Below are positions 52,801 to 64,000 of a stretch of 64,000 nucleotides of DNA, piece by piece. Location: assembly GCF_023055435.1 (NCBI RefSeq), contig NW_025964223.1, positions 51,088,001 through 51,152,000 on the forward strand, in the 5' to 3' direction. The number at the start of each line of letters is the position of its first letter. Positions within the stretch are counted from its first letter, which is position 1. The position numbers and the translations under genes are program-made. The notes beneath the pieces are model-generated. The model was not told where the DNA came from, searched no databases, and saw only the letters and a program-made list of their open reading frames with translations. The stretch comes from Haliotis rufescens. Its lineage: Eukaryota.

Positions 52801-55800
52801 AACACAATCACTCTCTCGCAGAACTTTGAGGCTAGCATTTGAGTGTTGTATCTTTGTTAAGCGAATATCAATCAATCAATGGAATCTTGAATTTTGCATC
52901 TGTTGTAAGTTTAACCAGTATTTAATAACCACCACATGAGCGTCTATGTACAATTGACATCTATCAACATTCACCATATACCATAACATTTGGTTTAACA
53001 CCGAGATGGTTCCTACAAGCATATCTGTGAATCTTCTCAGTAGCATCTGTATTTTTGAATCCCCACATTTCGGCTGCATACATCGAACTTGGGCTAATTG
53101 TAGTGTCAAAAAATGTGAAAAATATACTATAAGTTACATTCCCAAGTTGCTTAAGGTTTTGAAAAATGTCAATGAAAATATTCATAGCTTGTAAAGAAGC
53201 CTTATGAATATGCATAGACCATGACAATCTGTAAGTAAAATAGACACCAAGGTATTTATTCAGAGTAATGACTTGTAGAGGTTATCCTCTGTAAAACTAT
53301 TTTTCTCTTCGCGATAATCTGTCACTACGTTTAAACACAACTACTTCTGTCTTTTTTTAAAGTCACAGACGGTTTCCATTTATCGCAGTAGGATTCAAGT
53401 TCAAATATGTGTTTTTTTGTAATCCGGGCGTTGTACTTGAAAACATTACTGTGTTTCAGGGTGTACCTGTATACCACCTGCACAATTCGCCTTGATTTGC
53501 TCTGCTCATTCATTTATAAAGAAAGAAAAGAGAAAAGGACTTATGATACATCCTTAGCGAACACCAATATTACAAGCAGACGTATCTGTCACAGACCTTA
53601 TTACATTATGGTAGATACAGCACAATAATAACCCGTTTTTGATACCAGGTCCATACGTTTTAAATAGCTTCAGAGTTTATCTCTATGACGAGAGTAAAAT
53701 CTTTTCGCAAAATCTACAAATAAGGCATATAATTTGCCACCCTTTCTTGTTAGATATCTGTGTATTATTGTCTGTAAAATTAACGTTATCAGTTGTGCTA
53801 TATGTTTGTCTAAATCCAGATTGTGTCATGTTGAATTTTTCAAATGTGTCAGCTCAAAGCATAAAAACGTGAATATGATATCTGTAAACAGTTTGAGATA
53901 TGGAATCAGTATGTCTGATGACGTTTTGAACTTTATCCGCACCTGATGTCTTATAATTCTTTAAGTGATTAATACTGTCACAAATTTCTTTCATGGTAAT
54001 TGGAGATTCGAGAATGTCTGTTGTCACTTCATTAGAATTATTATCATCGAAATTGATCGTGCCCAAATCATCTTCGTTTCTTTAATACAAATTAGAGAAA
54101 AATCTTTTCTGTGGTTGTCTATTTGAACTGAGAATTTTTACAGTAGGCCAAAACTGTTTAGAATTGATAATTCTCTACTCCAGAACTTATTGTATATGTT
54201 TGTAATATTCATCTTTCTTTTTCCTACACATATCATTGTAGGTTTGTAGCTATTCATTGATTCAATATAATTCAATGTCTTTATACCTGCTAAACTTATT
54301 TAAACAATTGGCATTCACTATCAAACCATAACTGATGTGGTCTCTTTTTGCAATTACTCGCATAAGGCATCTGTGATGTATCTAATGCCTTCATCGATGT
54401 TATCAAATGCTGTGTCAACTCTCTTCTCCGGTAAATCTTGGACCATGTAAGAAAATAAGTTATCTCTAAACTAATCAGCCTTACTGTCTACCCAAACAAA
54501 TTTGAATGAAGTGTTTTTGCAATGTCTGATTAATCATTCATTAAGTTCGTGAAGCGTACGTAATCCAATGGTGACTGGAAGATGTGACGACTCGGTGCGA
54601 GAAGGTATTTTAAAACTTTCACATTTAACCAAACAAATCAGTTGAACTGATTACGAAGTCAACCACACTGGCGCCCTGGTATCCTTTAAAGGTGAAATCG
54701 CCAATACCGGTGTCTGTACCACATCTTTCAGCGAATATCATAAAATAACAACATTGCACAGATGTGTGTCGCCTCCTAGCCGTGCCAGAATCAGTTAATT
54801 AGGGTTCGAATCCAATCAAAAGCACGAAGATGACCTTAATCCTGTTATCACATATCCTGTCACTCTGTTACGCTGGCTCGCCGTGGGTGAGGCAGCCGTT
54901 GGCTTATCGCGCCGTGATACAACTGAAGTACTGTTCGCCGTGGGTGAGACAGCCGTTGGCTTATCGCGCCGTGATACAACTGAAGTACTATTCGCCATGG
55001 GTGAGACAGCCGTTGGCTTATCGCGCCGTGATACAACTGAATTACTGTTCGCCGTGGTCGAGACAGCCGTTGGCTTATCGCGCCGTGATACAACTGAAGT
55101 ACTGTTCGCCGTGGGTGAGACAGCCGTTGGCTTATCGCGCCGTGATACAACTGAAGTACTGTTCGTAGAGGGTGGGGAAACCATTGGCTCGCCGTGGGTG
55201 AGACTGCCGTTGGCTTATCGCGCCGTGATACAACTGAAGTACTGTTCGTAGTGGGTGGGGAAACCATTGGCTCGCCGTGGGTGAGGCAGCCGTTGGCTTA
55301 TCGCGCCGTGATACAACTGAAGTACTGTTCGCCGTGGGTGAGACAGGCGTTGGCTTATCGCGCCGTGATACAACTGAAGTACTGTTCGCCATGGGTGAGA
55401 CAGCCGTTGGCTTATCGCGCCGTGATACAACTGAAGTACTGTTCGCCGTGGGTGAGACAGCCGTTGGCTTATCGCGCCGTGATACAACTGAAGTACTGTT
55501 CGTAGAGGGTGGGGAAACCATTGGCTCGCCGTGGGTGAGACTGCCGTTGGCTTATCGCGCCGTGATACAACTGAAGTACTGTTCGTAGTGGGTGGGGAAA
55601 CCATTGGCTCGCCGTGGGTGAGGCAGCCGTTGGCTTATCGCGCCGTGATACAACTGAAGTACTGTTCGCCGTGGGTGAGACAGGCGTTGGCTTATCGCGC
55701 CGTGATACAACTGACGTACTGTTCGCCATGGGTGAGACAGCCGTTGGCTTATCGCGCCGTGATACAACTGAATTACTGTTCGCCGTGGTCGAGACAGCCG

Positions 55801-57754
55801 TTGGCTTATCGCGCCGTGATACAACTGAAGTACTGTTCGTAGAGGGTTGGGAAACCATTGGCTCGCCGTGGATGAGGCAGCCGTTGGTTTATCGCGCCGT
55901 GATACAACTGAAGTACTGTTCGCCGTGGGTGAGACAGCCGTTGGCTTATCGCGCCGTGATACAACTGAAGTACTGTTCGCCATGGGTGAGACAGCCGTTG
56001 GCTTATCGCGCCGTGATACAACTGAAGTACTGTTCGCCGTGGGTGAGACAGCCGTTGGCTTATCGCGCCGTGATACAACTGAAGTACTGTTCGTAGAGGG
56101 TGGGGAAACCATTGGCTCGCCGTGGGTGAGACTGCCGTTGGCTTATCGCGCCGTGATACAACTGAAGTACTGTTCGTAGTGGGTGGGGAAACCATTGGCT
56201 CGCCGTGGGTGAGGCAGCCGTTGGCTTATCGCGCCGTGATACAACTGAAGTACTGTTCGCCGTGGGTGAGACAGGCGTTGGCTTATCGCGCCGTGATACA
56301 ACTGAAGTACTGTTCGCCATGGGTGAGACAGCCGTTGGCTTATCGCGCCGTGATACAACTGAATTACTGTTCGCCGTGGTCGAGACAGCCGTTGGCTTAT
56401 CGCGCCGTGATACAACTGAAGTACTGTTCGCCATGGGTGAGACAGCCGTTGGCTTATCGCGCAGTGATACAACTGAATTACTGTTCGCCGTGGTCGAGAC
56501 AGCCGTTGGCTTATCGCGCCGTGATACAACTGAAGTACTGTTCGCCATGGGTGAGACAGCCGTTGGCTCGTTAGCTGGGTTGGACTCCCCACAAGGGTAC
56601 AATATGGAAATCCCATAGTTTCATTCCCATTATATGTCAGGAATAGTGATAGAACGGACTTAAGTCCCGCTCACTTACTCACTGCCATGTACGGTTTTAA
56701 ACCAAACTCTAGCATTACATTCCTCATCATGGCGAACATCATCATCATGAAATAGGACAGGAAGAAATCCCCCCTTTATTACTAATGCTAGCGTGTTTCG
56801 TCATCAATTGAATGGTTGAAAACAAAACTAACCCCTGCTTGTTGTTGCTACGTTGAAGGCCTAGGGGAACCCATGCTGGAGTATCTGATTCCGCTGCTTC
56901 TCGGGGAGAACAACGCTGCCATCGGTGCAGGCATCTTGACCTTTGGCCAGGGCATTGGAAGCCTGTCGATGCCAGCCATTGCCAGTAAGCACATCATTAC
57001 GACTCACATTTGGAGAGTTGCTTTATGGTATTACTGTGTAACCTATAAATGTGTTTACGATTGAACTAAGTGTTCGGTCAATAATTTACTACGTTAATTT
57101 TGTATCAATTATTGATTCATTGATTACTCGTCAATCTGGAGTTCACTGTCGAAATTGCCTGACAAACGACGTAATGCCTGTGATAACCTCAATAATCCGG
57201 ATCCTGTCTACACCGAATTGGGTTGTTCATGGGAACTGGAGTTTGATGGGTTGGAATTGTTTTGAAATAAACTTGTTCCGGAAAATGCTGGAAAATAAGA
57301 AAAGACACACACGATATTAAATGGCCGGGCCGTTTCCTCGATCGATCGTTTAAGATTTCATAACCTCAATGCCTATATCGCAATTTATGTGTCAAACTTC
57401 AGATTGATTAAGCGTTAACCAGATTTCACTGTTGGTTAAAGTAGAACAGTTAACCTATGTCAACAGCCGTAAAGTAGAATGTCATCACACAGTAAATAAA
57501 TATCTAAGCACCGTTGGTGTTTCCAGAATGATGTATTTTCCTTTTATGTTGCAGATGAAATCGAAAAATCGATAAAAAAAGTTGACGGATGTTTCTACTT
57601 CGCTGGGGTGATCTTCTTCCTCTCAGCTTCTTTCATAATCTGGACCTACCGCTTACACTTGCGTGTGACCAAACGGACAGTAAGCCCATGTGACCCAGAC
57701 GAAAAGCCCACGCAGGAAACAGAGTGCAGTGGGATGGACATGGAAAGATTCTGA
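44975..57754 (+). CDS. SLC16/monocarboxylate-transporter-like MFS protein, copy D (7 coding exons, 488 aa)
   Basis: Exons 44975-45037 (MSGHEDKDQCPPGTSEEAGAE), 49972-50260 (DPPDGGKAW), 50910-51059, 51480-51848 (YFRRRRLVAL), 52267-52536, 56859-56984, 57555-57754. GT-AG sites, 1467 nt, open to TGA, exon-for-exon paralogue of copy C. Confidence 0.88.
45163..45388 (-). mobile_element. SINE-like family A (diverged)
   Basis: Reverse complement of the family A body. Confidence 0.7.
46282..46437 (+). mobile_element. SINE family B copy
   Basis: Flanked by a CTCCAATAAC duplication. Confidence 0.85.
46690..46846. repeat. Two (TG)n tracts, each followed by the same ~33-bp sequence
   Basis: (TG)n-TACATGAGTCTTT(A/C)TCTCAGATAATTGTCATCA occurs twice in tandem. 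Confidence 0.9.
47047..47310 (-). mobile_element. SINE-like family A, full length
   Basis: Ends on + with CTTCACGGGTC. Confidence 0.88.
47822..47973 (-). mobile_element. SINE family B copy
   Basis: B box and (ACTC)n tail on the minus strand. Confidence 0.85.
49231..49572 (+). mobile_element. SINE family C, full length
   Basis: TSD CATTTCTGTAATC. Confidence 0.88.
49571..49770 (+). repeat. 100-bp tandem duplication
   Basis: Units start at 49571 and 49671. Confidence 0.9.
49759..49930 (+). mobile_element. SINE-like family A (5'-truncated)
   Basis: Runs from GATCGGGTGGTCAGG to the (CAAA)n tail, about 40 bp before exon 49972. Confidence 0.85.
52665..54750 (-). mobile_element. Decayed non-LTR retrotransposon (LINE ORF2 pieces, RTEX-like) in intron 5 of copy D
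   Basis: Minus-strand APE end (GDFTF..GASVVDFVI, SSHLPV), pre-RT LESPITMKEICDSINHLKNYKTSGAD, post-RT MYAAEMWGF..EKIH..LGVKPNVMVYGEC. RT core largely deleted; absent from the 208-bp paralogous intron of copy C. Confidence 0.8.
54874..56568. repeat. 57-bp minisatellite (about 26.5 units) with seven 26-bp inserts and higher-order structure
   Basis: Unit CGCCGTGGGTGAGACAGCCGTTGGCTTATCGCGCCGTGATACAACTGAAGTACTGTT; inserts CGTAG(A/T)GGGTGGGGAAACCATTGGCT start at 55164, 55247, 55501, 55584, 55838, 56092 and 56175. Confidence 0.95.
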
Positions 57755-58779
57755 TGCCAGCAAGTTGAAGCATCCTAACTTGAGAAACATACACCATTCG
57801 TGACTGGTAAAAAGTCACATGCTGGCTATTCATTTAAACAAGTCGGGGAAACAGCTCAACGGCTTTCATTGTCATTCAAGATGGTTTGTGCCCGCACTAA
57901 TACGTTCTTGAAGCAAAAGAAATACTTCATATTTTTCTTATGAAATTCACAGCTTAATGCATAAGTATGCTCTTGTGTTTGCATTACTCATGGAAGGGAA
58001 GCGGGTGATTGAGCGAACCATGTTGTACGAGATGGTGTAGATGTTGTTGTGTGTGACTTTGTATGGTTATATGAAGGTTTCTTTGCTTAGTTTAATCAAG
58101 GTAATCTTCATCTCAAGTCTCTATATTCAAACACCAGGCTGGCGACATCTATATGTATTTTAAGTTACACTTCACGTTAATCTGTACATTTATTAATGTG
58201 AACGAAGAAAATATTTTTAGCGTTATGTTCACAGCCCCATACACAAAAACAAAAACAAAGATACATTATATTGTCAAATATCAAATATGTCTTTGCATTA
58301 CAACTATTTTCTTTGTTCATAATCATAATAAAGGTAATGTCATACATCTTTCAAGAAATGTTCGCTGTCATAAATAATCGAATCTCGATCAGTCAAACCA
58401 GTGGTTGATAGCATGAGCAACGACCCATGCCGTCGGTGTAGGATGATACACAATCCGACAGTCCACATATTGTAATAAACCGATCGTCATGTTAGTCGTT
58501 TCCTCCTTGCACCGGGTACTGTGATCCTCTCGTTGGAATACGGACACGCTGATTTCTTCATGAAATCATACAAGAAGGAACGTGACAATCCTATATTTGT
58601 GTCATGTCTTAGCTGTGTAAGTATTGGCATGAGCAACATCAAGTATTGTCTCAGCGTCTATTATTCACTGATAAGTCAGGTGTTTAAGTTGCCATGGTTA
58701 ATAAACAAATGTCACAAAATGTTATTAATATTGTTGTATCCCCAAAATATTGTTCATTATTGGTTTTACGACAATTATG

Positions 58780-59400
58780 AAGCTCTTTGAAGTGTTGGTA
58801 GAAAGAGCATGCTCGATTGTACCTCAAAATCTGTAATATGTAGACACCATGGGCTGGAGCTTCTAGATAGTACTGATGAATGGTTTTGGAAGATTTCTTC
58901 TGGAATATTGCTCGACATGAAGGGAATGTTTACTATTGGAAATTTGAAGTCACTCCTCTTGACATATAGTCCTGTGGAGAGTGTTTTGTCACTCTGGATA
59001 TGTCTACATGGATCTAAATGTGAAACAGATGAAGCTGTCTCACTGGTCGTCTATATTTCTAGTTCAGGTGGGTAAAACGGTGGAAGGGACTGGCTATTTG
59101 ATGGTCATTGAACGATATCAGATCATTGAAAATCTTGGCCAAATTACCTTGAATATATAGAAAGTCCTCCCTTGATTGTATTTAGGATTATGGGTAATCG
59201 CCGAGACAAGGATTTTGTGGTACATTTGCCTGACCCAGCAATGTATCTCTCTTTGTACGGATTTTTATGGAACTTTGGAATCCAGTTCAAAAGAGGAATG
59301 GACATATCTTCAGGTTTTAGTGCCAGGTCAAAAGTTGATAGTACTGATGCATGGTTGTGGAAGATTTCTTACCAGTTAATATTCTGGCCTTATACGTGGT
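58780..59400 (-). mobile_element. Penelope-like RT relic (paralogue of 35620-36500)
   Basis: Minus-strand FYPPELEI, LYVKRSDFKFPIVNIPFMSSNIP, APAHGVYI, LRYNRACS. Confidence 0.75.
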
Positions 59401-59735
59401 ATTATTTGATATGTCACTTATACCAAGTTCTTTGATCAAACAATTAAGGTAGTAATGCCTTCATATAATTATTATGCTATTTGAGACCTTGTCAGTGGGG
59501 ACAACTACAAACCTTTCATGTCGGGCAGCCAGGTTTTTTTCCGTTTCTGTTTCCTCTTTTTCAGTGCATTCTACCAATTACAACATTATGTACTGACTTG
59601 ACCCACTCTGAAAGACATTGAACATTAACCCCCTTTAGCGATAATGAAGAAGAACATGATAATTTTAAAGTTAATTTACAAGAAATACAACAATTTATTT
59701 ACTTGCATGGTTCAAGTTACCCTGTTGTAATTATA

Positions 59736-59857
59736 CTACTCAAAAGAAGTTAAGGATCACCGATTCTTTCATAATGGTAAAGTCAATCTGTCATGACATG
59801 AGAGATTAACTATAGTAATATGAAAGAATCAGGTGATCATTAACTTCTTTTGAGTAG
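59736..59857. mobile_element. Fold-back MITE, second copy
   Basis: Same TIRs as 4171-4293, TA-flanked. Confidence 0.8.
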
Positions 59858-61702
59858 TATATATACATGTAGATTAGAGTCGTTTATTTTAGTTGTACAT
59901 GTAATAGTTGTTGCTGTTCTTAAATGAATTCTGATTGATGTTTGTTGTCTTTGTGGGTTGATATATGTTTAGGGAACTAACTTTTTTTTGTATGTATCTC
60001 ATATGTACAACAGTATATCTCGTGTCCATTCACCATGTCCATGGTTTTACATGCATGCAACATTTGATTAAAGTGAATGTTTAACTCGACCGATATCCCG
60101 GTTCCAATATTTGCGACTGTTGTGACACTTCATATTGACATATATCAAAGGATCAGCTAATATGTTTCTGTACTGTTTGGATTTCTTAATTGCATATAGA
60201 CTTTAATATGAAATATAAGATGACCACAGTTACAGAATAAAAATTTGTCCATAGAATTCTACGCGGACGCCTTTTTCTGAAACATATAAAATGCCTATAG
60301 CCTCACGTATTCGGCAAATTGGGTTGAAAATGTAATATGTATATATTGTCACCACCCGGCAGATCGGGAGCATTTATCACAGATGAACAATAGATTAAAT
60401 CAAATACACCTGATTGTGATTGTTGACATATTTATTGTAACATTGACTAGATACAGTGATAGCAGAAACAGGTATTATTACATATAGCAATACCCCATTG
60501 TAAACTGTAGCTAAACGTATACAATTCCAATGTATAAAAGTCAGTTGACTTTCGTCATACATCCTTGATTTCTACGGCTTTGTTTCGCACTATTCATTCT
60601 ACTGTGTCGCAGATTTGATTAACCTACATTGTCACAATGGGCTTATAGTATATGTATGGGCATCCGAAAAACCAATTTGCTTTGGATGCCTGTTCTGTCA
60701 TGCTAATAGTACACTGCCTATGGTATTAACATTTTCATTTTCACAAGTATTATATTACTTTCTTCCTTTCAGCCTAGTACTGACAACCCGCTTGTCTAGG
60801 ATCACTGATAAACCGATACACATGCAATAGTCTCCATCATTTCGAGTTTCAAAGTTCAATGTTTTTTTCTTAGTACGTTTGTAACAAATTTGTTTACCTA
60901 TCAAACACCCATCCATTCACCTTCCCAACACATGTATCTATCATTTTTTCCTAAGCAAATAATGCTTTTTACATCCAAATAGCTCTCGCAAACGAGTTGT
61001 TGTTTTTTGTTTGTAAAGAACGTGCCATTACACGGATTTTCACAAACGAAATGTAATTTGTTTTCTTTAATTTCAGTGCTAAAATATTTGTTCGTGTGGA
61101 AAGAATGTTTGAGACCGGATAACTAGGATCGTGAAAGTCGAAAGCATCGCGTATTAACCATACAGAGGTTACTAAAGGCTTAGATGATTCAACAGTGCAG
61201 CAATATCCAACTCAGCCATAGATACATGAAACACTCTAGTATGTATTGACACGTATGTTTCAGAAGCTGCTTGACTGTTCCATATGTGATCACATTAGAA
61301 TGGAATGGATGTTATACTTATCTACATTTCACGCCTGAAGTCCATTTTCCGATGATGTAATAGTGTTGACAAGAATATACATACAAAGTTGACATAAAAT
61401 GTGATCTTTGAAGACAAATCAGTTTTCGTTTTTCTCGTTAAGTCAAAATAGAAATACAATCACCTTATTGTACCACTAAAGAGTATCCACGCTCTGTATA
61501 TTGAGACTGTGTATTGTTTTTAGAAAATATAATTGCGTACTTAATATTACCTTTGTGTCAACTGGTTTTACCAACGGGGAAAGGTTGGTAGGTAACAAGA
61601 TGTGTCCCACGAACATTAAATGCATGCATAAACCCGACGATTACATAATATCCAGACTAGAAGCGACTCAGTTATGTAATTCACTGATATAAGCGGACTA
61701 CT

Positions 61703-62368
61703 TCAACTGAGTCTTTGAGGGAGGCGAGTTCGGGAAGTCCAGATCCTTGGATACCGAGAAGAAGTATTGGAACTTCCGGTTATGTGTCGATACCCGGATG
61801 TTCTGAAAGCTCTAACGGTATGTTGACGTCTGTTCAGCAATGGCGGGTGAAGTGAGAAGGTATCGTGGTCGTACACAAGACCTTTCAAGTCACGTTTTCT
61901 AGACACAGGGAACACATTCTTTCCATTTCCATCCTTTATACCTTTGATCTTTCTCTCATCCTTTTGCGGGGTGAAGTTGGACATGTATACACGAACAGGG
62001 CCCAGGAGTCTACCATACACACAGTAGCAGCATCCATGTGGGCACGGCAGTGACAACCTACACATCAGATCATCACCCATAGCACCTTTCTTCACCACAG
62101 GGCCACTATTAGGGGTGCATCCGCGACTTAGCATAGCACTTCTCCTCCCAGTCAGTTTGGTGCCTTGAGTCTTTAGGGCTGTGAAACTGGATGACACGAC
62201 AGAGTTTGTGGTAAGGTTCGGTCTGAGTGTGGGACTTGGTGTAGGGAGCTTGGATAAGCTGGCCCGTGGAATTAAAGATCTACTGGACATTCTCCGGAAC
62301 AGGCTCTGTTCTGCTTCTTTTGAACACAGAGTCCCTGGTTGGATTCCCATCAACTCTATTTTCACCAT
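61703..62368 (-). CDS. Uncharacterised 221-aa ORF (candidate orphan gene or TE-derived ORF)
   Basis: Longest ORF in the window not assigned to a known element; AAAATGG start context; the first ~20 codons are conserved at about 38095-38153; no recognisable domain. Confidence 0.25.
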   Translation of the reverse strand: MVKIELMGIQPGTLCSKEAEQSLFRRMSSRSLIPRASLSKLPTPSPTLRPNLTTNSVVSSSFTALKTQGTKLTGRRSAMLSRGCTPNSGPVVKKGAMGDDLMCRLSLPCPHGCCYCVYGRLLGPVRVYMSNFTPQKDERKIKGIKDGNGKNVFPVSRKRDLKGLVYDHDTFSLHPPLLNRRQHTVRAFRTSGYRHITGSSNTSSRYPRIWTSRTRLPQRLS

Positions 62369-64000
62369 TTTGGATTGGAAGGGAAAAGAATTTCACAAAA
62401 ACCGATTAATAGCACATTTTGTACGTACATGTGTCACTAACTGATGTAGAGATATGATTTAAATAGTTTTTTTGCAGTGAGAATAGTATCTCTCCCATTA
62501 GTGCGACTCCGTCGTAATCGAAACTATATTTGGAATATCACTATCGTCCCGTCGTCCACACAACACTGACATCACATGGTTCGCATCAGTATCCTCATCT
62601 AAGGTTCTCCTTGGATGAGAATGTACAGCATCGCTGTTTGGCCATGGTTGCTAGCGTAATGTAATAAAAGGGTTAAGAATTACACAAACCTCAATGGTTC
62701 CTTGATTCAAGTTAATCCAACACACAACAACAATTCCTTGGTGTTTTCCAGTTCACACACAACCATATAATGTCCCAAAGTCCACGCTCACGCCATAGGT
62801 ACACACACATTGTTCCACTAATAAAGGTCTACTCCAAACAAACCACTTGTATTCTGACATGTCATAATTCTCAACTGCCTGGCGTTTTGCTATTAGCCAT
62901 TCGTTAAGTAAACTTTGTGAGAGGAGCCTGGCTCCGGCTAAAGTATCCCATAACGATTGGCTGAGGCCACTCCTCGCTAAGTTAATAACATTCCTATAAA
63001 TCTCCGCTCAATCGTCGTCTCATTATCACATCAAGGGCTTCTGTCACGGTCGTAGCCACGGCCTAACGCTGACTACAATAAAAGCACATTCTCAATGTCG
63101 GGCCACCCAAAGAAAGAAGTATGGATCAACTGTATTAATATTCATCATTTCAATATTCTGGAGTTTTTGGTAAACAAGATGGAATACGGTACCTCACGTC
63201 CGTTCAATCATACAAGCCTATTTCAAACCAATATTCAGCAAATCCTTCAATATTGAGACCTGTATACTTTATTAGTATCAGCACGATTTGAGCAGATAAA
63301 TCAATGAGGATATCGTGCCAAAGGGAGTTAATAGCTGTTGGATTAGGGAACAGTATGTGTGGTTTCAATAAAGTAACGATGTAATCAATGACAAAGCCTC
63401 GAAGAACTGGAGTCATATGGTTTACGATTCTACTCACAGAACAGCTTTTAAGTATGCATGCAGGAAATTGGGCAATTTTCTCCTTACAGTGAAATGGATC
63501 CATAAGTGAGATGCTCTTGTGGTGGAGATCGATACTGGTTAACCTATGAATGTCATAATGTCGAGTCAAAGTTAAGTGTTGAAATGTTACAAATTATGTC
63601 ACATCGCAGCTGTAGAAGACACAGGATCAGATTTGCATAGGGCTTTGACCCACTGAAAAATTACCAATGTCATCCAAAGTTTAAAATGTTATTAAAATTG
63701 TTATGAAACATGTTGGACATACTCAGACGACTGACAAATAGGATCTGTCCTTCTGTAACTTGCAAATTCTTCAGAAGCATAGCTAAGATTCGTCAAAAGG
63801 GATGAGTATTTTAAGTTTGAACCAGCCCATAGCACTAAATATCTGCACTGTTTTGATCGAATTTGTGGAGAAAATCAATTTAGGTTAAAGATTGTTCATG
63901 TTTAAACATAAGAAACACAGTCTTCTGCATATGGTGGTCTTAGAAGTATATGAACACGTCTGTATGTAATCGTGAAAGAGTGTTCATCCATATGAAAAAC

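Noticed and set aside
54874-56568. CRISPR-like repeat/spacer appearance
   Set aside because: The inserts are near-identical rather than unique spacers, no cas genes are present, and the context is a eukaryotic intron.
54816-56618. Many 100-186 aa ORFs on both strands
   Set aside because: Artefacts of a 57-bp (19-codon) stop-poor repeat inside an intron; the 26-bp inserts shift the frames.
333-57754. Assigning a specific symbol such as SLC16A12 or SLC16A14
   Set aside because: Too divergent to infer orthology without a phylogeny.

Overview
AT-rich, intron-containing animal genomic DNA; the repeat types suggest a mollusc, possibly a gastropod (inference). The window is a tandem array of four paralogous units of a divergent 12-TM MFS transporter of the SLC16/monocarboxylate-transporter family, all on the + strand. 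Copy A (333-11343) lacks its start exon, which lies upstream of the window. Copy B (20778-21919) is a pseudogene with a SINE inside an exon, an 8-nt frameshift and missing exons. Copies C (25086-34335, 482 aa) and D (44975-57754, 488 aa) are intact. All exons were assembled by hand from GT-AG sites with consistent phases. Introns and spacers hold four SINE-like families sharing one 3' stem-loop, decayed Tc1, MULE, Penelope-like and LINE elements, a Ngaro-type tyrosine-recombinase retrotransposon with an SGNH-hydrolase ORF, palindromic MITEs, a 4x157-bp repeat that quadruplicates a splice donor, and a 1.7-kb 57-bp higher-order minisatellite. Best leads: (i) the transporters lack the canonical TM8 Asp/Arg pair, vary in intramembrane charges and carry enlarged glycosylatable loop-1 domains; (ii) an abundant SINE-like family has no tRNA head but a fixed, pseudoknot-forming 5' end (candidate self-processing RNA). 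No CRISPR, rRNA or bona fide tRNA genes were found.
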